A stretch of 64,000 nt of DNA, taken from assembly GCA_964603785.1 (NCBI GenBank), contig CAZRWD010000009.1, forward strand, positions 18,082-82,081, given 5' to 3'. Positions within the stretch are counted from its first letter, which is position 1; every line of letters begins with the position of its first letter. Both the position numbers and the translations under genes were made by a program. The notes under the pieces were generated by a model. That model made no database searches. It saw only the letters and a list, made by a program, of their open reading frames with translations, and was not told where the DNA came from. Of this stretch, positions 22,382 through 29,992 are shown in pieces. The DNA comes from an uncultured bacterium (GTDB taxonomy: Bacteria; Fermentibacterota; Fermentibacteria; Fermentibacterales; Fermentibacteraceae).

Positions 22382-24193
22382 TCAGACCCGGTCGGGAGGA
22401 CCGCCCGGGCGTCGTCCGGACATGTCCTCGCGGCCAGGCCGCGCGGGAGACACCATGCGTGAGTATAGCCCGCAGGATACGAGCAGTTCCATGTGGGTGC
22501 CGGAGGCCGCCACCGCCCCGCCGTCGATCAGGAGCACCCGGTCTGCGGCCTCGAGCACAGTCGGGTCGTGGCTGACCGCTATGCACATGAGGTCGGCCGA
22601 TATGGAGCGGACGGTGTCGAGGAGCGCGGAGGCCATCGAGTGCTCGAGCGACGAGGTGGGCTCGTCCAGGACGAGGAGGGCCGGCTCGCGCACGAGAGCC
22701 CTGGCGAGGGATACCCGCCGCCTCTGACCCTCGGACAGGAGCACGCCCCGCTCTCCCACGGGCGTATCGGCGCCCAGCGGCAGGGATGCCGTGAATCCCG
22801 CCGAGCCCGAGAGCTCCAGCGCCTTCTCGACAGCCTCGCGGGATGCGTCCGGGCTCCCCGCCAGCACGTTCTCGAGGACGGTGCCCGGCAGGAGGGAGAC
22901 GACCTGGGGGACATAGCCGATCCTCGCGCGGAGGGCGGATGTCCCGTACTCGTCGGCATCCCTGCCGTCGAAGAGGATCCTGCCCCCGGAGGGCCTGTAC
23001 AGCAGCAGCATCAGTCTGAGCAGCGTCGTCTTGCCGGCTCCGCTGGGTCCGGCCATCGCCAGCAGCCCGCCCTTCGAAGCCCTGAAGGAGAGGCCGTCGA
23101 ACAGGGGCGCCCTGCCGGGATACCCGAAGGAGACCCCTTCGAACTCGAGGGTCGAGAAGGCGGGCGCCTCCGTCCGCCCGCCGGGCACGGCCGGTTCCTC
23201 CGGCTCCACCTGCCAGATCTCGTCCAGGCGCTCGAGCGCGGCCGCGGCTCCCTGGAGATCGAGGGAGGACGAGGCGAGGAACCTGGCCGGGCTGAAGACG
23301 GCCGCCAGGTAGGCCTGGAAGGCGATCAGGGTACCGAGGCTCATCGACCCGTCGAGGACCATGCCCCCTCCGGCGAGGAGCACGCCGAGGTGGACGGCAC
23401 CCTGCACGAGTTCGAGGGAGACCGCCGCCAGCGAGCCCTGCCTGGTCCTCTCTATCCCTATCCCCAGGAGCCTGTCGAGCCTCCCTGTGAAGCCGCCGAG
23501 AACCCGCCCCTCCATGCCGTAGGCCTTGACCACCTCCGAGGCGGCGACTCCCGACACGAGGTGTCCGACCGCATCGGCGTTGCTCTCCATCGCCCGGGCG
23601 GCCAGACGTCTCATCCTCCCCGCGAAGAGCGACGCGACGAGGAAGAGGAGGGGTACGGACAGGGTCGCCGCGAGGGCCAGCCTCCACTCCAGGATCATTA
23701 TCAGGACGACGCTCCCCGCGAGGCGCAGGGCGGAGGAGACCATCCCGGGGACCGCGCCGGTGAACACCCATCTGAGCGTTCCGAGGTCCGAGGTGAAGCG
23801 GGTGGCCAGATAGCCCTCCCCGAAGCGGTCGTGGAAGGCCAGGGGGAGCCTCAGCGTCCTCTCGAGGAACCTCTCCTGGAGCTCCAGCCCGATCCTCCTG
23901 TCCAGCCTGGCGGAGGTCATCTGCTGTGCGTAGCCTGCAGCCGTTCCGGCCAGCCTGAGCCCCGCCAGCAGGGCGGCCCCGGCGAGGAGCCAGCCCCGGT
24001 CGCCACCGAGCAGGGCCCTGTCCACGAGCGATCGCGTGACGGCCGGGAGCGCCAGGGTCAGGGCGGTGCCCGCCGCGAGCAGCAGCAGGACGGCCAGCAG
24101 CCCTCTTCCGCCGCTCCTGAACACCGGGACCAGGACCTCCCTGGAGAAGGGCCTGCCGTACAGCGCCCGGAGCCCCGGAGTCCGCTCTCTCAT
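22382..24193 (-). CDS. ABC exporter, fused permease + ATP-binding domains (MsbA/bacteriocin-exporter type, no C39 peptidase domain)
   Basis: Six predicted TM helices, followed by Walker A GPSGAGKTT, signature LSEGQRRRVSLARAL and Walker B LLVLDEPTSSLE. Its ATG overlaps the kinase gene stop (ATGA). Confidence 0.85.
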   Translation of the reverse strand: MRERTPGLRALYGRPFSREVLVPVFRSGGRGLLAVLLLLAAGTALTLALPAVTRSLVDRALLGGDRGWLLAGAALLAGLRLAGTAAGYAQQMTSARLDRRIGLELQERFLERTLRLPLAFHDRFGEGYLATRFTSDLGTLRWVFTGAVPGMVSSALRLAGSVVLIMILEWRLALAATLSVPLLFLVASLFAGRMRRLAARAMESNADAVGHLVSGVAASEVVKAYGMEGRVLGGFTGRLDRLLGIGIERTRQGSLAAVSLELVQGAVHLGVLLAGGGMVLDGSMSLGTLIAFQAYLAAVFSPARFLASSSLDLQGAAAALERLDEIWQVEPEEPAVPGGRTEAPAFSTLEFEGVSFGYPGRAPLFDGLSFRASKGGLLAMAGPSGAGKTTLLRLMLLLYRPSGGRILFDGRDADEYGTSALRARIGYVPQVVSLLPGTVLENVLAGSPDASREAVEKALELSGSAGFTASLPLGADTPVGERGVLLSEGQRRRVSLARALVREPALLVLDEPTSSLEHSMASALLDTVRSISADLMCIAVSHDPTVLEAADRVLLIDGGAVAASGTHMELLVSCGLYSRMVSPARPGREDMSGRRPGGPPDRV

Positions 24194-25107
24194 CCTGCAT
24201 CCCCGAGGAGGCTCCTGACCGCGGACCAGTCCGGACCCTCCAGCGTCAGCCCAGCCGTGGCGCAGGGCACCGAGAGCGCCAGGCGCCTAGCGAGCCCGGC
24301 GGCCTCGATGGCCACCGCCGGGGGCAGGTCGTCGTGACGGCACCAGCATCCTTCGTGGAGCCTGCGGATCGCCTCGCCCGAATCGATCCTGCACAGCGAG
24401 AAGGCGTCGGCCTTCTCGAGGAAGAGGACGGCCCCGAGCGGCGCAGGCCCGCCATCCGGTTCGAGGAGGCTCCAGCCGGTCGGATGGACGAGCGGCCGGT
24501 CTCCCTCGATGCTCACGGCGTTGCAGTCGTCCGACAGGATGCGCCCTCCGTGGCCGGAGAGGACTGCGGTGGTCTTCCCCCCCTCGTCGGGGGCTACCAT
24601 CAGGACTCCCCTTCCGTCCAGGACGACGGCGGAGCTGTGGATCAGCAGGGTCGAGAAGAGCGGCGTGAAGGGCGAGACGATCCCCGGGTTGAGGGTGAGC
24701 ACCGTGTCCAGGTCTTCGGGCACCCTGTCGCCGTTGGTCAGGGCCAGGGAGGCTGCGCGGTCGAAATCCCACAGCGTCAGTGTGTCGGTCCTGCGGTCCG
24801 CGGTCAGCCCGAAGGCGCGGGACGGCTCGGGACCGAACTCCCCCGCCAGGATGCGGGCAGCCTCGCCGCAGCCCGGCCCTCCCGAGGCGACCGCACGGGA
24901 CAGCCTGTCGAACGCGGGGCCGGGGAGCCTGTCGAACACGATCCCCACGGATCCGCGCGGGGCCGATCCGTCGTCGCCGGCTCCCAGGTCCCGGAAGGCG
25001 TACCTGGTCCTTGTCCTGATCGTGATCTGGAAGCTGATGCCCGCAAAAGCGAAACGGAGGCCGCACGGGCCTCCGATCTCGATCCTGCGGTTCCGGGGAG
25101 CGGTCAA
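24190..25107 (-). CDS. HprK-related kinase (HPr kinase/phosphorylase C-terminal-domain-like P-loop protein)
   Basis: LIHSSAVVLDGRGVLMVAPDEGGKTTAVLSG matches the HprK C-terminal-domain pattern LH(A/S)SAV...G.G.L..G.SG.GKST. TTG start lies 7 nt after the precursor B stop. Confidence 0.6.
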   Translation of the reverse strand: MTAPRNRRIEIGGPCGLRFAFAGISFQITIRTRTRYAFRDLGAGDDGSAPRGSVGIVFDRLPGPAFDRLSRAVASGGPGCGEAARILAGEFGPEPSRAFGLTADRRTDTLTLWDFDRAASLALTNGDRVPEDLDTVLTLNPGIVSPFTPLFSTLLIHSSAVVLDGRGVLMVAPDEGGKTTAVLSGHGGRILSDDCNAVSIEGDRPLVHPTGWSLLEPDGGPAPLGAVLFLEKADAFSLCRIDSGEAIRRLHEGCWCRHDDLPPAVAIEAAGLARRLALSVPCATAGLTLEGPDWSAVRSLLGDAG

Positions 25108-25114
25108 GGCCGCT

Positions 25115-25330
25115 TCAGGCCATCGATCCGGTTCTGCAGCCGTAGGCGACCTGGGAGCCGAGAATGCACTCGATGGACCAGTCGGGAGCTATCCCCGTGG
25201 GGCGGCACTGGTTCTGTATGGGCTGGGAACCGGGGAGGCAGATGCCCCTGGATCCGTCGTCCGTTAATCCCCTGTCCCCCGAGAGGTCTATGGAGCCAGG
25301 CGCCTCGTAAAGCGATCTGTAGCCCGGCAT
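25115..25330 (-). CDS. Cys-rich precursor-like peptide B (71 aa), paralog of peptide A
   Basis: ATG with SD GGGGGTGA 2-3 nt upstream. Sequence: MPGYRSLYEAPGSIDLSGDRGLTDDGSRGICLPGSQPIQNQCRPTGIAPDWSIECILGSQVAYGCRTGSMA. Four Cys spaced 12/12/9, conserved with peptide A. GC3 bias is good. Confidence 0.6.
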   Translation of the reverse strand: MPGYRSLYEAPGSIDLSGDRGLTDDGSRGICLPGSQPIQNQCRPTGIAPDWSIECILGSQVAYGCRTGSMA

Positions 25331-25480
25331 TTCACCCCCGTTTCCATGCTCCCGGCTCAACAGGTCCGGGATGGCGCGTGAGCGGCTTCCACACCCTTAG
25401 AATACGGTCCGGGGGGGATGGTTCCCGTCTCCCGGCAAAGGCGAGCATAAGACGAACCCTCCGGAAACACCAGAGGCCGG

Positions 25481-25693
25481 TCAGACCATGGACCCCGCGT
25501 TGCACATGTAGGCCACCTGCCCGCCGACGTTGCAGCGGATCGGGATGTGCGGGGCGTGACCGACCGGCGAGCACTGGTTCTGGACCGGATGGGTCCCCGG
25601 ATTGCAGATGCCCGTCACACTTCCCCCCTGGAGACCGGGACCCCCGGACAGGTCCATGCAGCCGGGGGATTCGTAAAGCCTTCCCTCAGGCAT
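25481..25693 (-). CDS. Cys-rich precursor-like peptide A (70 aa)
   Basis: ATG start. Sequence: MPEGRLYESPGCMDLSGGPGLQGGSVTGICNPGTHPVQNQCSPVGHAPHIPIRCNVGGQVAYMCNAGSMV. It shares with peptide B the motifs LYExPG, DLSG, GICxPG, QNQC, QVAYxCxxGSM. It lies immediately downstream of the second rSAM gene. Confidence 0.65.
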   Translation of the reverse strand: MPEGRLYESPGCMDLSGGPGLQGGSVTGICNPGTHPVQNQCSPVGHAPHIPIRCNVGGQVAYMCNAGSMV

Positions 25694-26828
25694 CCCGCCC
25701 GCCTTCCATGCCTTGCGCCCTGAGCCTGGACGCGGGGAACAGACCGAGCGACTCGGCCATGCCGCAGAAGGCGTTGCCGGAGGATATGCTCCTGCCCGCC
25801 AGATAGTTCAGGGCCACGCAGTCACCCCTGCAGAAGTCCCTGTGGATGCAGCGCGAGCATGTCCCCCCGAGCCCGGACGGGATGGTCTCCCGTATCTCCC
25901 GCAGCACCGGCGCACTCCTCCAGACCTCCTCCAGCCCGTCGCTCCGGATGTCGCCGAAGACCAGGCCCGGAAGCGACACCCCCGCCCCGCATATCGAGAT
26001 CTCTCCCGTGTGGAGTATGCCGAGGACGGTGTGTATGTCGCAACGGGAGCAGCCCTGCCTGAAGAGGTAGCCGGGAGGGAGGAACGCGGGGGGCAGGTGC
26101 AGGATGATCCGGGGGCCGGGCTTCGAGGCCCGCTCCGCCAGCTCGGAGCCCGCCCGGAGGAGGTCGCGGGGCTCGAGGAGCTCCTCCCCGGGGACGTCGC
26201 CCCCCCTTCCGATCGGCTGGATGTGGTTGAACTTGACCGATCCGCAACCCAGGCGCTCCGCCATGTCGATCACGTCCGTGACCTCGCCCGCGTTGCCCTT
26301 GTGGAGAGTGCAGATGAGCTGCGGCCTGATGCCCCGCCCGACGAGCCTTCCGATCCCCTCCATTGCCCGCCCGAAGCAGCCCGGCACCCCCCTGAGGGCC
26401 TCGTGGGTCTCCGCCGTGGCGCCGTCGACGCTCACGGAGATCGACCTGAGCACGCCGCATCCGGCGAGCAGGTCTGCGGTGGATTCGGTGAGGAGGGTCC
26501 CGTTGGTCTCCACCACGAGCTGGATGCCGTGCTCCGCGACCATGTGCACTATCTCGCCGAACGCGGGGTTCAGAAGGGGTTCGCCGCCCGTCAGCTTGAC
26601 GCTTGCCAGGCCCAGGGGCACGGCCTGTTCGACGGCGCTCCGCGCGACTTCCGGAGACATGTGGAGCGACGGGCCGGGGGCGTCTCCCTGGACGGGGCTG
26701 ATCCAGCAGTGCCTGCAGGAGAGGTTGCATGCCCCGGAGACGTACATGTAGAGTGATGCCAGAGGAGGGACTCCGGCACAGGGTCCGGGGGGGGCGGCGG
26801 CTCCGCAGGCCGGCGGGTCACACGGCAT
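25686..26828 (-). CDS. Radical SAM/SPASM-domain protein 2 (peptide-modifying maturase-like)
   Basis: CNLSCRHC (CxxxCxxC) near the N-terminus. C-terminal SPASM cysteines CSRCDIH...ISICGAG...GGTCSRCIHRDFCRGDC. The start is ATG 26828 (strong SD GAGGGGGG) or ATG 26750; the 26 codons between them have weaker GC3 bias. Confidence 0.85.
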   Translation of the reverse strand: MPCDPPACGAAAPPGPCAGVPPLASLYMYVSGACNLSCRHCWISPVQGDAPGPSLHMSPEVARSAVEQAVPLGLASVKLTGGEPLLNPAFGEIVHMVAEHGIQLVVETNGTLLTESTADLLAGCGVLRSISVSVDGATAETHEALRGVPGCFGRAMEGIGRLVGRGIRPQLICTLHKGNAGEVTDVIDMAERLGCGSVKFNHIQPIGRGGDVPGEELLEPRDLLRAGSELAERASKPGPRIILHLPPAFLPPGYLFRQGCSRCDIHTVLGILHTGEISICGAGVSLPGLVFGDIRSDGLEEVWRSAPVLREIRETIPSGLGGTCSRCIHRDFCRGDCVALNYLAGRSISSGNAFCGMAESLGLFPASRLRAQGMEGGRDA

Positions 26829-27918
26829 CGGACACCCCCCTCGAAACGGCGAACCTCCTGTAGCAGTCGACCGGGACGACGGCGTTCATGTCGCCGGTCA
26901 TCTCCAGGGCGAGCCCGGGACAGCTCCCGGTGCACCATGCCGAATAGGCGCACCCGCCGCAGCCCGGCACCTCCTCCATCGGGATATCCGCCCTCGCCCT
27001 CAGCGCCTTCATCACGGGGTGGTCCAGCCAGACTCCGGCGAGCCCGTCGGTGGTGACGTTCCCCATCACCATCCCGTGCAGGATGTGGCAGGGGACGATG
27101 GAGCCGTCGTGCATGACGTCGATCCTGGACCATACGCAGCCGCATCCGGACAGGAACCCGCCGCGGTATCCCGAAGGGGGCGCTCCCGTCCGGGACGAGG
27201 CGGCGATCGAGTCGAAGAACCCCGTCCGGGCGGCGGGGCCGGCCTGGGCCTGTATCCGCCCGGGATACCTCGCCATGAGCTCCCTGAAGTCATCCATGGC
27301 CCTCCAGGACTCCTCGGGCGTGAGGACCCCCCCGGAGGGACCGCAGCCGGAGCCCATGCCGAAGGCCTCGTTGGTCCCGAAGGAGTCGAGGCCCAGGTCC
27401 TCCAGCAGGAACCTGGCGAGGTCCCCCAGGTGGTCGACGTTGTGCCTGCCGATGGTTGCCCGGACCGCCACGGGGAGCCCCGCGGCGCGGGCTCTCTCCA
27501 GACCCGCGACGGCGGCTTCGAACCCTCCAGGGCGGGAGCGCTCGTGGACTTCCGCGCAGTGCCCGTCGATGGAGATCTGCAGATAGTCCATCCTGGTCCT
27601 CCGCCTGCCTTCGGCCAGCCTGCCGGCCATCTCCTCCGTGAGGAGGGTGCCGTTGGAGAGTATGGAGTACCGGAGCCGGTTCTCCACCGCCCTGTCCACC
27701 AGGTCGACGAAGCCGGGCCGCAGCAGGGGCTCCCCGCCCGTGAACAGGACCCTCATGACACCCATCGAGCCGAGCTGGTCGATGAAGGAGAGCCAGTCCC
27801 GGTCGGGGAGGTCGGGCAGCAGGTTCATCTCGTTCGCATAGAAGCAGTAGCCGCACGAAAGGTTGCACCGGCCGGTGACGGCGATGCCCACGGTCCTGGG
27901 GGCTTCCGGCAGCTGCAC
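26818..27918 (-). CDS. Radical SAM/SPASM-domain protein 1 (peptide-modifying maturase-like)
   Basis: GIAVTGRCNLSCGYCFYANE (CxxxCxxC at residues 17-24, so there is no N-terminal RRE domain). SPASM cysteines CGCVWSRIDVMHDGSIVPCH and CGGCAYSAWCTGSC. GTG start lies 1 nt after the PqqD stop. Confidence 0.85.
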   Translation of the reverse strand: MQLPEAPRTVGIAVTGRCNLSCGYCFYANEMNLLPDLPDRDWLSFIDQLGSMGVMRVLFTGGEPLLRPGFVDLVDRAVENRLRYSILSNGTLLTEEMAGRLAEGRRRTRMDYLQISIDGHCAEVHERSRPGGFEAAVAGLERARAAGLPVAVRATIGRHNVDHLGDLARFLLEDLGLDSFGTNEAFGMGSGCGPSGGVLTPEESWRAMDDFRELMARYPGRIQAQAGPAARTGFFDSIAASSRTGAPPSGYRGGFLSGCGCVWSRIDVMHDGSIVPCHILHGMVMGNVTTDGLAGVWLDHPVMKALRARADIPMEEVPGCGGCAYSAWCTGSCPGLALEMTGDMNAVVPVDCYRRFAVSRGVSDAV

Positions 27919-27919
27919 T

Positions 27920-28228
27920 TCAGGCGGGCGGGATCCGGAGGACGAAGCCGGCCTTCTCCATGTCCTCGAGGAAGGAGGCCACGTCGTCCTCCACCCGCCC
28001 GGCCGGGGCTTCCTCGAAGGCCCCGGCCAGCGATGCTGCTATGTCGGAGACCGGCCGGACGCCGTCGAGGCCCGACCACACGAAGAGGCCGGTCGCATTG
28101 AGTATCCTCACCCTGTTGGCATCGGGATCGAACAGGAGCCCGCCCTCCCGGTCCTCCTCCCGGAGGGTCACGACCGGGTTGCGCGAGTAGACAGCTCTCC
28201 CCCGGGGGGTCGATTCATGCTCCGTCAT
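27920..28228 (-). CDS. Standalone PqqD-family peptide chaperone (RiPP recognition element)
   Basis: LLFDPDANRVRILNATGLFVWSGLDGVRPVSDIAASLAGAFEEAPAGRVEDDVASFLEDMEKAGFV is a classic PqqD fold signature. The preferred start is ATG at M8 of the table ORF, with SD GGAGGT upstream. Confidence 0.8.
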   Translation of the reverse strand: MTEHESTPRGRAVYSRNPVVTLREEDREGGLLFDPDANRVRILNATGLFVWSGLDGVRPVSDIAASLAGAFEEAPAGRVEDDVASFLEDMEKAGFVLRIPPA

Positions 28229-29189
28229 CCGGACCTCCGGTTTCCACAACGCATCCGACTGGCGCGGAGTTCCTGCGGCCGGTCCTCTCGATCGCGAGGA
28301 ACACGGCCCCGATCAGAACCGCGAACCACAGGGTGGCGAAGCGCATGAGCAGTGTGACCGCCGCCGCGCCGGCCCCGCCGAGCGGGCCCGACAGGATCCC
28401 GTCCATCGTCAGCTCGGTGAGCCCCAGTCCCCCCGGTATCATGGACACGGCCCCGGCGATGGTCCCCGCGGAATGAGCCAGCAGTGCGGTCCCCGCACCC
28501 GTCCCGAGGCCTATCGATCTCGCCGCGGCCGCTATGACCATCGCCTCGAGACCCCACGACAGGACCCCGAGCGGAACGGAGACGGCGAGGCTGGCGGGTC
28601 CGAGGAGATCGCCGCAGGTATCCCTGAACGAGCACAGGGAATCGCTCCTCCCCCTGAGCGGGCGGATGCGGCAGGCGAGGCCGGCGAGCGCGCCGAAGAT
28701 CCTCCTCGAGGAGAGAACGGCCACGGAGGCGGCCGTCACGAGAGCGCCGGCGGCTATCACGGGCGCCACCGCGGCGCCTCCGGCGAGGGCGGCTCCCGCG
28801 GCCGCGAGCACCGTCATGCTCATGAGGTCGGTGATCCGCTCCGCAACGACGACGGGAGATGTCCGCGAGACGGGGATGCCCTCCCTGTCGCGGAGGAGGC
28901 AGGACTTCAGGAGCTCGCCGAACTTGCCCGGAGAGACGGTCATCGAGAAGCCGGCCAGGAACACCTGCAGGCTCCGTCCGAATCCGGGTCTGATCCCGGC
29001 GCGCCCGAGGAAGTAGTGCCATTTCAGGAACCTGAGGAAGTAGTTCGCCAGGGGCAGGCCGAGGATCGCGGGCAGCCACCGGGGGTCGAACGATTCGAGG
29101 GCCGCGCCTGTGCCGCGCATGTCGCCCGCCAGGACCAGGACCGAGTAGACGACGATCGCCAGGGCCGCGGTCAGGAGCAGCTTCTTCAA
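28218..29189 (-). CDS. UPF0104 / lysylphosphatidylglycerol-synthase-TM-like ('flippase-like') integral membrane protein
   Basis: C-terminal 324 aa of table ORF 28215..30152 (the upstream part is antisense to the TPR gene). Motifs DPRWLPAILGLPLANYFLRFLKWHYFL...GKFGE, with multiple TM helices. The putative TTG start overlaps the upstream TGA (TTGA). Confidence 0.65.
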
Positions 29190-29992
29190 GAAGACGCTTC
29201 CCGGCCCCCGCCGTCCCCGCCGCAGAAGGCGGCGAGCTCGCCGTGCAGCTTCTCCCAGCCGGGCAGGCCGCCGACCAGCTTCATCGCCTTGCGGGCCAGG
29301 TCGATCGCCTCGGTGCCCTCCCCGAGGAGCCTGCTGGCCCTGGCCGCCAGCGCCAGGGCCTGGGCCCTGGGCCCCCTCGTGAGGTCGGAGGACGAGAGCA
29401 GCTCGTAGCCGGTCATCGCATGCACCAGGGCGTCCCTCGGCTCCCTCCTCTCGAGGTGGAGCAGGGCCAGGTTGACGTGGACCCCGCTCCTGGCGGAGCC
29501 CTGCCTGAGCTCCAGCGCCTCGCAGAGCAGCTCCTCGGCCTCGTCGAGCCTCTCCCGCCGCTCGAGGAGCAGGCCGGCCAGGTTCACCGCGAGGGTTGCC
29601 TTCAGGGAGGGGTCCTTCTCCATGGCCTTGCGGTAGTACTGCTCGGCCTGCACGGCGTCCCCCCTGCCTGCCGAGATGTATCCGAGCTGCCCGATGGAGG
29701 CGGCGCTGCGGTCGCCCTTCTCGATGGCCTGCACGACGACCCGTTCGGCCTCGTCGAACCTGCCCGAGCGGATCAGGAAGTAGACGAGGGCGTTGGTCAG
29801 GGGCTCGACCACCGACGACCTGTCCCTGTTCCTCTCGAGGTAGTGGATCATCTCGTCCACCCTGTCGGCGGCCGCGAGCCTCGAGGCCTTCTGGAGCTGC
29901 AGTCGCTTCCATGCCATCGATCTGGTGAGCATGATGCCTCCCAGGGCGAGGAGGACCAGGAGCGCGAGCGCCCAGGCCTGCCAGGGAATCAT
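29186..29992 (-). CDS. Membrane-anchored TPR-repeat protein
   Basis: Start MIPWQAWALALLVLLALGGIMLTRS (TM anchor) at aa 52 of the table ORF. Its ATG overlaps the PBP1A stop (ATGA). TPR repeats follow. Confidence 0.6.
   Translation of the reverse strand: MIPWQAWALALLVLLALGGIMLTRSMAWKRLQLQKASRLAAADRVDEMIHYLERNRDRSSVVEPLTNALVYFLIRSGRFDEAERVVVQAIEKGDRSAASIGQLGYISAGRGDAVQAEQYYRKAMEKDPSLKATLAVNLAGLLLERRERLDEAEELLCEALELRQGSARSGVHVNLALLHLERREPRDALVHAMTGYELLSSSDLTRGPRAQALALAARASRLLGEGTEAIDLARKAMKLVGGLPGWEKLHGELAAFCGGDGGGREASS

Noticed and set aside
25332-25574. 80-aa minus-strand ORF spanning the gap between the two precursor peptide genes
   Set aside because: It is out of frame with both peptide genes, its translation is Arg-rich noise, and it would overlap the peptide B RBS and start.
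26104-27586. Plus-strand ORFs (215 aa, 360 aa, 178 aa) inside the radical SAM genes
   Set aside because: They are antisense to genes with clear CxxxCxxC/SPASM signatures, and their translations are Pro/Arg/Ser-rich.
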